A stretch of 24,000 bases of DNA from assembly GCF_030547685.1 (NCBI RefSeq), contig NZ_JAUOQM010000021.1:11445-35444 (forward strand), written 5' to 3'. The position numbers were made by a program, and so were the translations under genes. The DNA is from Gilvimarinus sp. 2_MG-2023 (GTDB taxonomy: Bacteria > Pseudomonadota > Gammaproteobacteria > Pseudomonadales > Cellvibrionaceae). The notes beneath the pieces were generated by a model. That model saw nothing but the letters and a program-made list of their open reading frames with translations, ran no database searches and was not told the origin of the DNA. Below are positions 17,141 through 24,000 of the stretch, piece after piece; the stretch's first letter is position 1, and each line of letters begins with the position of its first letter.

Positions 17141-18061
17141 TTATGCTGCGCTGGTTCGCATCCGCTCCAAATAGCCGCGCACTTTGCCCATAAGGCTGCG
17201 GTTCGTACTCGGTTCAGGGGTCGGATCGGTGTTGGCCTCGACTTTATGGCGACGCAACAAGGCAGGCTTGTCTTGCAGGGATTGACGGTGTTTGAGCGCT
17301 GAGCTGATGCTGTCGTACAGCATACGGCGCGATAAAGGCATAGGCAGTACCCGAAACACCTGGGCGCGGTTAATCAGCTTAATAAGATGGTTGGTGTCGG
17401 AAAAGGCGGTCACCACCAGAACAACTAGCTCGGGGCGGCGCTGTTTCATTAGAGCCAAGGCTTCGGAAATGTCCCCTTCGGGTAAAATGAGATCAGTCAG
17501 TAAGATCGCTTTGGGGTGTTTAATCAATAGCTCCATCGCATCGTTGACAGTGGTGGCGTAACCGACTCGATACTCGGGCTTCTCCTTGGCAATAAGCTGG
17601 GCCATGGCTTTTTTGCTGTGCAGCACCACAATGTCGCCGGCATTCGGTTTGGCTTTTGCGGGCTCAGCAATGGCCTGTTTTGTTTCCCGGGCGATGGCCA
17701 CGGCTTCGTCCAGGGTTTTGCGCAATTCGATCAGGTGCCAGGGTTTTTGTATGTAGCGGAAGATTTCGCCATCGTTAATAGAGCCGACGATGCTGGCAAG
17801 CTCGGCGTAGCCTGTAAGCAGAATGCGAACTGTGCCGGGGGATATATCCCGTGCACCGCGCAATACTTCTACTCCGGTCATCATTGGCATGCGCTGGTCC
17901 GAGATGATGACATCGACCGCGTGGTTTTTTAATAGCTCCAATGCGTCGCGGCCGTCGCTTGAGGTAAGCACGTTATAGTCGCGTCGAAAGGCCATCTCCA
18001 TCGTCCTTAAAATACGACTTTCGTCGTCGACAAACAATAAGGTGGGCTTAGCTGCCGTCAT
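17141..18061 (-). CDS. Response regulator: canonical REC domain plus a second, degenerate receiver-like domain, with no recognisable output domain
   Basis: REC1 has LLFVDDE, the phospho-acceptor context VIISDQRMPMMTG, LLTGY and IQKPW. Domain 2 (IVVLHSKK..LLTDLILPEG..VVTAF..FRVLPMP) lacks the acidic pair and the conserved Lys. ATGA overlap with the kinase stop (18058-18061). Confidence 0.85.
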   Translation of the reverse strand: MTAAKPTLLFVDDESRILRTMEMAFRRDYNVLTSSDGRDALELLKNHAVDVIISDQRMPMMTGVEVLRGARDISPGTVRILLTGYAELASIVGSINDGEIFRYIQKPWHLIELRKTLDEAVAIARETKQAIAEPAKAKPNAGDIVVLHSKKAMAQLIAKEKPEYRVGYATTVNDAMELLIKHPKAILLTDLILPEGDISEALALMKQRRPELVVLVVTAFSDTNHLIKLINRAQVFRVLPMPLSRRMLYDSISSALKHRQSLQDKPALLRRHKVEANTDPTPEPSTNRSLMGKVRGYLERMRTSAA

Positions 18062-19377
18062 ATTGGCTCCTCCGTGGATTGCGAGCTTTGCGTTTTAGGT
18101 AAGCGGATGACAAATTCAGTGCCTTTGCCCTCAACCGAGCGCACATTGATGACGCCCTTGTGCTGTTGAATGATCTGGTAGGAAATCGACAACCCCAGAC
18201 CAGTGCCTTCCCCCACTTTTTTGGTGGTAAAAAAGGGATCAAAAATCTTTTTGCGCACGGCCTCTGGCATGCCGCGCCCATTGTCGAGAATATGAATATC
18301 GACGCAGTCATTGCGCACGCGTGTTTTAACTTTAATTTTGCCCCAGTTGTCGATGGCCTGGGCGGCGTTGGTAAGAATGTTGAGCAGAACCTGATTGATT
18401 TGCGAGGATACGCACTCGATCACAGTGCCGTCTTGGTAGTCTTTTATCACCTGCGCTTTTTGTTTAATGATATTGCGGCCAATATTTAGAGCGCTATCGA
18501 TGCAGTCATTGAGATCGACCTCTGACATTTTAATATGATCAATGCGGGCAAAGTTTTTCAGGTTGCCCACCAGCTCCCCGATTTGATCCAGTCCGTGCAG
18601 GCTGTCGGCTACCAGTGTGCGCAAATCCTCAATCATACCTTGATCAACCGTCTCGTTGATGCTTGCGGCGTTGACGCTAATGGCCTGAGTGATGGTCTCG
18701 TCGTTTGGCTCATCGGCGAGAAGGGCGGCTACCAGCGCTTGGTTGCTTTGGGTCAATTGCTCAATGTGTTCTTGCAAGCTTGCCGCCAGTTCTACATTGG
18801 ATTGCACATAACCCAGTGGCGTATTTATCTCGTGCGCAACGCCGGCGACCATCTGACCGAGCGAGGCCATTTTTTCCGATTGAATCAAATGAGCTTGCGA
18901 CGATTTAAGACGATGGTTGGCCGTTTGTAGGGCGCGGTTGCGTATCTCGGCGCGCTTTTCAAGCAGCTCCAACAGCGACAGAACCATTCCCATGCCGTAG
19001 TACTGGTTTTCGCCGGTGATGATCACAAAGTCTTCGGTGATAGGGTTGTCGATGTGGGCGTGAACATAGCGGCTGGCCTCTTCGATATCGGTATTGATGT
19101 CAATGAGCAGCGGCTCTTTGTTCATAAAGTCACCCACCGGCCGGGAGCCGTAAATTTCGCGTCCGTAGGACTGCAAAAATATCCGCATAATCGCATAGCG
19201 GGAAATGGTGCCGGCTACCTGACCCGCAGTGACCACGGGCAGACACAGCAGTGCCCGATAATCTTCCGACAAAAACAGGTCGGCAACATCTTTAATGCGT
19301 GTTTGCGGGGTTAGCGGCTCAACGGATACGGCTAGGTCGCGAACCCGTTGGTAGGAGACGGCAATGTTCATTTTCAA
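18058..19377 (-). CDS. Cytoplasmic sensor histidine kinase with an N-terminal CBS-pair domain (CBS-HisKA-HATPase_c)
   Basis: No TM segment. N-terminal CBS-like region (IKDVADLF...[17 protein letters not shown]; [25 protein letters not shown]). H-box [16 protein letters not shown] box [11 protein letters not shown]1 ILDNGRGMP and G2 [21 protein letters not shown] upstream of ATG 19377. Confidence 0.88.
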   Translation of the reverse strand: MKMNIAVSYQRVRDLAVSVEPLTPQTRIKDVADLFLSEDYRALLCLPVVTAGQVAGTISRYAIMRIFLQSYGREIYGSRPVGDFMNKEPLLIDINTDIEEASRYVHAHIDNPITEDFVIITGENQYYGMGMVLSLLELLEKRAEIRNRALQTANHRLKSSQAHLIQSEKMASLGQMVAGVAHEINTPLGYVQSNVELAASLQEHIEQLTQSNQALVAALLADEPNDETITQAISVNAASINETVDQGMIEDLRTLVADSLHGLDQIGELVGNLKNFARIDHIKMSEVDLNDCIDSALNIGRNIIKQKAQVIKDYQDGTVIECVSSQINQVLLNILTNAAQAIDNWGKIKVKTRVRNDCVDIHILDNGRGMPEAVRKKIFDPFFTTKKVGEGTGLGLSISYQIIQQHKGVINVRSVEGKGTEFVIRLPKTQSSQSTEEPI

Positions 19378-19646
19378 TCCTTAAAATGATCTCTAATAGG
19401 CAATACACGCTCGCTGTAGTGGGTGTATCTCTGTGAGCATCAATGCCGAAATATTGAGCAGTGTGAAGGCTCAATATGACAGGCAAGTGAATGCTCTCTG
19501 GCAAAGCCACTGTAGTGCAGGATTGGCGCATGAGGTGATGCCTTTGCTCTGCATTGGTGCGGGGTTTTGGTGTCAACGCTGACTAGATTGAGCGGGATAT
19601 CTGCCAATCACTTGCAAGTTATTAAGAGGTAAGAAAAAAAGTACAG

Positions 19647-19661
19647 TGGCACGCAAAATGC
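19647..19661 (+). promoter_or_regulatory. Sigma-54 promoter upstream of amt (TGGCAC-GCAAA-ATGC)
   Basis: Read directly. GG-N10-GC spacing is exact and the -24 hexamer TGGCAC is perfect. It lies about 80 nt upstream of the amt ATG, consistent with NtrC/sigma-54 control known for amt genes. Confidence 0.7.
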
Positions 19662-19685
19662 GTTAAAGCGAGAGCAAAACCATAA

Positions 19686-19739
19686 TTGCACCATCGTATA
19701 ACACACGGTGGTACAACCGGCGTCAAAAAACCAAGCCGG
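19686..19739 (+). promoter_or_regulatory. Two potential stem-loops in the amt 5' leader
   Basis: Stem-loop 1 is TTGCACCATCGT-N7-ACGGTGGTACAA (19686-19716), with 11 of 12 positions pairing including one G-U. Stem-loop 2 is CCGGC-N13-GCCGG (19717-19739) and ends 2 nt before ATG 19742. Confidence 0.35.
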
Positions 19740-19741
19740 CC

Positions 19742-21085
19742 ATGAGAAAAACTAAGAGAATGCCCATGAAGAATGTACTGTCCCCACTGCTCAGCGCTGT
19801 GTTGCTGCTGTGTGTTTGTCCTGCGCTGGCGGCTGACTCGGTCGCCTCGCAAACCTCCGTTGATACTGTCTGGATTATTGTTGCTGCCGCTCTCGTATTT
19901 TTTATGCAAGCGGGTTTTGCCTTGCTTGAAAGTGGTATGTCGCGCGCCAAAAATACAGTTAATGTCATAATGAAAAACTACGCAGATGTCTGTGTAGGTT
20001 CGTTGGTGTTTTGTCTGGTTGGGTTTGGCCTGATGTTTGGTGCTAACCCAACAGGTTTTTGGGGGACCGACCACTTCTTGTTAAACCCTGACTTGGAGTG
20101 GGACTGGTCGGTCGTATTGTTTCAGGCCATGTTTGCCGCCACAGCTGCAACCATAGCCAGCGGTACTATGGCTGAGCGAACCCGGTTTAATGCTTACTTA
20201 GTAGCCGCCTGTGTGGTGATGGGATTTCTCTATCCGGTATTTGGCAGTTGGGCGTGGGGCAGTGCTTTTGAGGGAACCGGCTGGCTGGCCGAGCTCGGCT
20301 TTATCGACTTTGCCGGGTCAACGGTTGTGCATTCGCTAGGTGCCTGGGTGGCGCTCGCCGGGGCTTTAGTGGTGGGGCCGCGAATCGGTCGCTTTGACAG
20401 CGAAGGGCGTGTGCACCGAATTCCGGGCCATAACTTAAGCTATGTGGCCATGGGCGGCTTTATTCTCTGGTTTGGTTGGTTTGGCTTTAATGGGGGGAGT
20501 ACTTTAGGGGCGGATGTTTCTATTGGCCTAATTAATCTAAATACTCATTTGGCCGCCTGTGCCGGGGCCGCCGGGGCGCTATTAGCTTGTGCGCTGGGGC
20601 GTAAACCCATATTGGTGGAGCAGGTGGTAAACGGCTCGATAGGTGGCTTGGTCAGTATCACTGCCGGTTGCGCCACTATGGACCCATTGTTTGCGGTTGT
20701 GACCGGGTTGATAGCAGGCTTAGTGGTGGTGTATGGATCTCGTTTATTGTTAAAAATGCGAGTTGACGATGTGGTGGGGGCGATCCCTGTGCATGGTTTT
20801 GCCGGTGCCTGGGGCACCATTGCCGCCGGTTTGTTTTATGCCGAAGATATGCTTTCAATAGAGTTAGTGATTGTACAGTGCATAGGAGTACTGACCTGCT
20901 TCTTGTGGGCCTTTGTAGGATCTTTAATTATCTACGGATTGGTTAATTGGGTGATGCCGCTGCGGGCCGAGCCTTTGCATGAGCAGCGCGGCTTAGATAT
21001 TACTGAGCATGCTGAGCTGGGGTATCCTGAGTTTACTAAAGGCAACGCTTATAACGAGAAAACACTGGAGGTGCTCGAACGATGA
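19742..21085 (+). CDS. amt: Ammonium transporter (Amt/AmtB family)
   Basis: Typical Amt motifs: VFFMQAGFALLESG, FAATAATIASGTMAERTRF, DFAGSTVVHSLGAWVALAGALVVGPR, FGWFGFNGGS and IPVHGFAGAWGTIAAGLF. It has a signal peptide. The start could also be ATG 19760 or 19766. Confidence 0.93.
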   Translation: MRKTKRMPMKNVLSPLLSAVLLLCVCPALAADSVASQTSVDTVWIIVAAALVFFMQAGFALLESGMSRAKNTVNVIMKNYADVCVGSLVFCLVGFGLMFGANPTGFWGTDHFLLNPDLEWDWSVVLFQAMFAATAATIASGTMAERTRFNAYLVAACVVMGFLYPVFGSWAWGSAFEGTGWLAELGFIDFAGSTVVHSLGAWVALAGALVVGPRIGRFDSEGRVHRIPGHNLSYVAMGGFILWFGWFGFNGGSTLGADVSIGLINLNTHLAACAGAAGALLACALGRKPILVEQVVNGSIGGLVSITAGCATMDPLFAVVTGLIAGLVVVYGSRLLLKMRVDDVVGAIPVHGFAGAWGTIAAGLFYAEDMLSIELVIVQCIGVLTCFLWAFVGSLIIYGLVNWVMPLRAEPLHEQRGLDITEHAELGYPEFTKGNAYNEKTLEVLER

Positions 21086-21750
21086 GTGCCACCCCAGTGC
21101 AAATACAAAAGCGGCGCATTGTTTACACGGCTTTGTCTGACTTTTTGCAGGGCGAAGAACTGGCTAAAGCGTTTCAGTTGTGGGAGCAACAGTACGCTGA
21201 TAAGCCGGTTTTTGCCCTGAATGAGTATGTGGGTAAGTTATCGATGTTGGCTAGCAATTTGGGCCCGCGCAAAGAAGTCATCCGCGCCTTATTAAACCTC
21301 AGCCAAGATCCGAGCTCACAGACACTTTTGCCAGACCCCGCACCCTCAATCGGTGTGATGAAAGATTTGTCGGTTCGCGAAAGTGCCCCACGCGAGTATC
21401 CCGAGCGGTTAGATAAAGTGTTTGAGCATTTTTTAGTGGCGCTAGAAACGGTTATGCCCAGTAATATTTTTTTGCAATTTCGGTTAAATTTTTTGGTTCG
21501 TTTGGCCGACATGCCGTTAAACCCCGCCTTGAAAACACGCCTGCGGAGTTGGTTTGATAGCGATGGTGCGAGCAAGTCGTTTTCGGTGGTATGCGCCTCG
21601 CCTGAAATTCGGCGCGTGGTGAATCAGCTCTATGTGGTGATGTGTGAGTTGTTCGGCCCGGTACAGGCAGATGATATGTTGGAGCGCAGTGTCGAGTGGC
21701 TCGAGCGCTACCACCCCAATTGTGTGCGAGATATTCGGCGTTTCTTATAG
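21082..21750 (+). CDS. Hypothetical soluble protein, 222 aa, translationally coupled to amt (no family recognised)
   Basis: Its ATG overlaps the amt TGA as ATGA (21082-21085). No signal peptide and no TM segment. Leu/Glu/Arg-rich and apparently helical. No catalytic or nucleotide-binding motif that I can recognise. Confidence 0.65.
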   Translation: MSATPVQIQKRRIVYTALSDFLQGEELAKAFQLWEQQYADKPVFALNEYVGKLSMLASNLGPRKEVIRALLNLSQDPSSQTLLPDPAPSIGVMKDLSVRESAPREYPERLDKVFEHFLVALETVMPSNIFLQFRLNFLVRLADMPLNPALKTRLRSWFDSDGASKSFSVVCASPEIRRVVNQLYVVMCELFGPVQADDMLERSVEWLERYHPNCVRDIRRFL

Positions 21751-21756
21751 CTTGTG

Positions 21757-21788
21757 CTGGCGTTCATTGTTGCAACAGTTAACGCCGG
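21757..21788. terminator. Long imperfect hairpin between convergent orf222 and dxs (CTGGCGTT...GTTGCAAC...AACGCCGG)
   Basis: Read directly. The outer stem is 8 bp including one G-U, and the inner palindrome is GTTGCAAC. There is no strong U-tract. Confidence 0.4.
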
Positions 21789-21797
21789 TGAGCTAAC

Positions 21798-23681
21798 TCA
21801 AAGGCCCCCTAAGTGGCGCCAGCCAAGTTGATCGAGTCTTTGGTTGATGGCACTTTTTATGCCTTGTGCGTCCAGTCCCTGGCTGGCTAATTGGTCGGCT
21901 TGGCTGGCGTGGCCGACAAACTCATCGGCCAAGCCGAGTTGTAACACCGATGTCGTGTTTTGCTGGCTGTGCAAATATTCGGTGACTGCGGAGCCCGCTC
22001 CACCGGCGATGGCGTTCTCCTCCAGTGTTACCAGTAGGTTATGGTCGCGGGCTAGCTGATCGATCAATTCAGTATCAAGCGGTTTCACAAAACGCATATC
22101 GCACAGGGTTAAGCCCAGCTCGGCGGCGACTTTTTGCGCGCAAGTGGCCAAGGTGCCAAAACATAGTAGCGCGGCGCTGGTGCCCTGTCGCTTGATAATG
22201 CCCTTGCCAATTGGCAGGGCGTTCATGGCTTGTTCAATTGCAGTGCCGGCACCGCGCCCTCGGGGGTAGCGCACCGCGCTTGGCCCCTGGTGCTGGAAGC
22301 AGGTGTACAGCAGTTGTCGGCACTCGTTTTCGTCCGAAGGCGTGGCGAGTACCATATTGGGAATGCAGCGTAAAAAAGAGATATCAAAACTGCCGGCGTG
22401 GGTGGCGCCGTCTTCACCGACCAAGCCCGCTCGGTCAATGGCAAAGGTGACATCTAACTGTTGCAGGGCAACGTCGTGAATTAATTGGTCGTAAGCACGC
22501 TGTAAGAAAGTAGAGTAAATTGCCACTACCGGCTTTTGGCCTTCACAGGCTAAGCCTGCCGCTAGGGTTACCGCATGCTGCTCTGCAATAGCGACATCGT
22601 AGAAGCGTTCTGCGTATTGCTCGGCAAACTCCACCATGCCGGAGCCTTCACACATGGCCGGGGTGATGCCCACCAAGCGCGGTTCCACCGCCGCCATATC
22701 GCACAGCCACTGGCCAAATACAGCTTGAAACTTGGGCCGGTTGGGGACGGGTTTTTTCGGTGCGGGTTCGAGCTTGTTGAGTGCATGGTAGCCGACCGGG
22801 TCTAGCTCGGCGGGCTCGAAACCTTTGCCTTTTTGGGTGATAAGGTGCAACAGCTTTGGGCCTTTGACACTGCGCAGATTGCGTAAATAGCGCACAAGAG
22901 ATGGCAGGTCGTGACCGTCGATGGGGCCGATGTAATTAAACCCCAGCTCTTCGAATAAAGTGCCCGGTGAGACAAACCCTTTAAAGTGCTCCTCGGTGCG
23001 CCGGGCAAACTCCCACGCCGATGGAATTTTGGTGAGCACTTGCTTGCTACCCTCGCGCAGAGAGTTGTAAAACTTACTGCCCCAAATCTTAGATAAATAC
23101 GTGGCCAAACCGCCGACATTGGGCGAGATCGACATATTGTTGTCATTGAGAATGACCAGTAGGTCAGCATCGGTGTGGGCGGCGTGGTTGAGCGCCTCAA
23201 AGGCCATGCCGGCGGTCATGGCGCCATCGCCGATTATCGCAGCACATTTGCGCTCTCCCCCAGCCAGCGCCATACCTAAGGCCGCACTGATAGAGGTGCT
23301 GGAGTGGCCCACCCCAAAGGTGTCGTATTCGCTCTCTTCGCGCTTGGGAAAGCCGGATAGGCCGCCCTCTTGGCGCATGGTGAGCAACTGCTCACGGCGG
23401 CCGGTGAGGATTTTATGGGGATAGGTTTGGTGGCCCACATCCCACACGAGGCGGTCTTCGGGGGTGTTGTAAATGTAATGCAGAGCAATGGTCAGCTCGA
23501 CCACGCCGAGGCCAGCTCCAAAATGCCCGCCGGTTTGCCCGACGCTGTACAAAAGAAAGGCGCGCAACTCTTCTGCCAGTTTGGGCAGCTCTTTTTCGGT
23601 GAGCTCACGCAAATCAGCGGGGGAGTCGATGCGGTCAAGCAACGGTGTTGCCGGGCGCGTTTGAGGTATTTCGTTCAGCAT
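21798..23681 (-). CDS. dxs: 1-deoxy-D-xylulose-5-phosphate synthase
   Basis: 627 aa. N-terminus [64 protein letters not shown] and the ThDP motif [17 protein letters not shown]...NDN. It lies downstream of ispA, as in many proteobacteria. Confidence 0.97.
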   Translation of the reverse strand: MLNEIPQTRPATPLLDRIDSPADLRELTEKELPKLAEELRAFLLYSVGQTGGHFGAGLGVVELTIALHYIYNTPEDRLVWDVGHQTYPHKILTGRREQLLTMRQEGGLSGFPKREESEYDTFGVGHSSTSISAALGMALAGGERKCAAIIGDGAMTAGMAFEALNHAAHTDADLLVILNDNNMSISPNVGGLATYLSKIWGSKFYNSLREGSKQVLTKIPSAWEFARRTEEHFKGFVSPGTLFEELGFNYIGPIDGHDLPSLVRYLRNLRSVKGPKLLHLITQKGKGFEPAELDPVGYHALNKLEPAPKKPVPNRPKFQAVFGQWLCDMAAVEPRLVGITPAMCEGSGMVEFAEQYAERFYDVAIAEQHAVTLAAGLACEGQKPVVAIYSTFLQRAYDQLIHDVALQQLDVTFAIDRAGLVGEDGATHAGSFDISFLRCIPNMVLATPSDENECRQLLYTCFQHQGPSAVRYPRGRGAGTAIEQAMNALPIGKGIIKRQGTSAALLCFGTLATCAQKVAAELGLTLCDMRFVKPLDTELIDQLARDHNLLVTLEENAIAGGAGSAVTEYLHSQQNTTSVLQLGLADEFVGHASQADQLASQGLDAQGIKSAINQRLDQLGWRHLGGL

Positions 23682-23723
23682 TTGGGTACGTCGGTTATCG
23701 CAAACGTGCCATTGTAGGCGCCA

Positions 23724-24000
23724 CTAGTGTTCACGCTCAACCACATATTGCGCAATTAGGTGTAAAGCTTGGGTGTTGCCCGGTAACTGGGTGAGACTGG
23801 AGAGCGCTTCTTGTTGCAGTGCGCGGGCTTTTTCTTGAGCCGCTTCCAGCCCCAGCAGCGAGACATAAGTAGGCTTGTTGCGAGCTTGATCCGCACCTTG
23901 TTGTTTGCCTAGTGTTTGAGTGTCGGAGGTGATGTCGAGAATGTCGTCTTGCACCTGAAAGGCCAGCCCCAGTGCGCGACTGTAGCGAGCCAAAGCCGCT
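23724..24000 (-). CDS. ispA: Farnesyl-diphosphate synthase (polyprenyl synthetase), 3' part only; the gene continues beyond the window
   Basis: Second aspartate-rich motif FQVQDDILD, then GKQQGADQARNKPTYVSLLGLEAAQ. The frame is open to the window end, and the gene is syntenic with dxs. Confidence 0.9.
   Translation of the reverse strand, partial: AALARYSRALGLAFQVQDDILDITSDTQTLGKQQGADQARNKPTYVSLLGLEAAQEKARALQQEALSSLTQLPGNTQALHLIAQYVVEREH

Noticed and set aside
19563-19572. 10-mer GGTTTTGGTG shared between the amt and nrtA upstream regions, as evidence for a common regulator site
   Set aside because: Not rejected as a hypothesis, but rejected as standalone evidence. About 0.3 such matches are expected by chance between two ~400-bp regions on both strands.
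19622-20074. 150-aa and 81-aa ORFs antisense to the amt 5' region
   Set aside because: They overlap a confidently identified Amt gene and its promoter, have no SD, and give a compositionally odd translation.
1-24000. Search for CRISPR arrays, tRNA/rRNA genes, IS elements, integrases, toxin-antitoxin pairs or phage-defence islands
   Set aside because: No spaced direct-repeat arrays, no cloverleaf-like segments in the intergenic regions, no transposase or integrase-like ORFs, and no long terminal inverted repeats. The window reads as housekeeping and transport chromosome.

Overview
A 24 kb chromosomal segment that looks like core genome of a marine-type gammaproteobacterium. The taxon is my guess from protein flavour only. 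I can support 22 protein-coding genes and found no rRNA, tRNA, CRISPR array, IS element or prophage. Left to right: (1) a Gram-negative sortase system, with a VWA-domain target protein (5'-truncated) and its dedicated sortase; (2) an orphan periplasmic solute-binding-like protein and a SulP/STAS anion transporter; (3) a PadR regulator translationally coupled to a HAAS-type membrane protein, divergent from a cytochrome b562-family gene across a 12-bp perfect inverted repeat; (4) a long minus-strand run joining an NrtA/B/D-type (nitrate/nitrite-family) ABC transporter to modABC molybdate uptake; (5) a transglutaminase-like/TPR lipoprotein, an unrecognisable membrane protein and TspO; (6) a minus-strand set of a CBS-domain histidine kinase, a REC plus degenerate-REC response regulator and an AI-2E family transporter; (7) divergent from that, an ammonium transporter behind a good sigma-54 promoter, translationally coupled (ATGA) to an unrecognisable 222-aa soluble protein, with no glnK in the window; (8) dxs and the 3' end of ispA. 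The best candidate for something undescribed is the amt-orf222 pair and its divergent output-less two-component module. Next come the PadR-HAAS/cytochrome b562 module and the sortase system with a non-canonical YPQTAT signal. All functional calls rest on motif and family recognition by eye, and no database search was possible.
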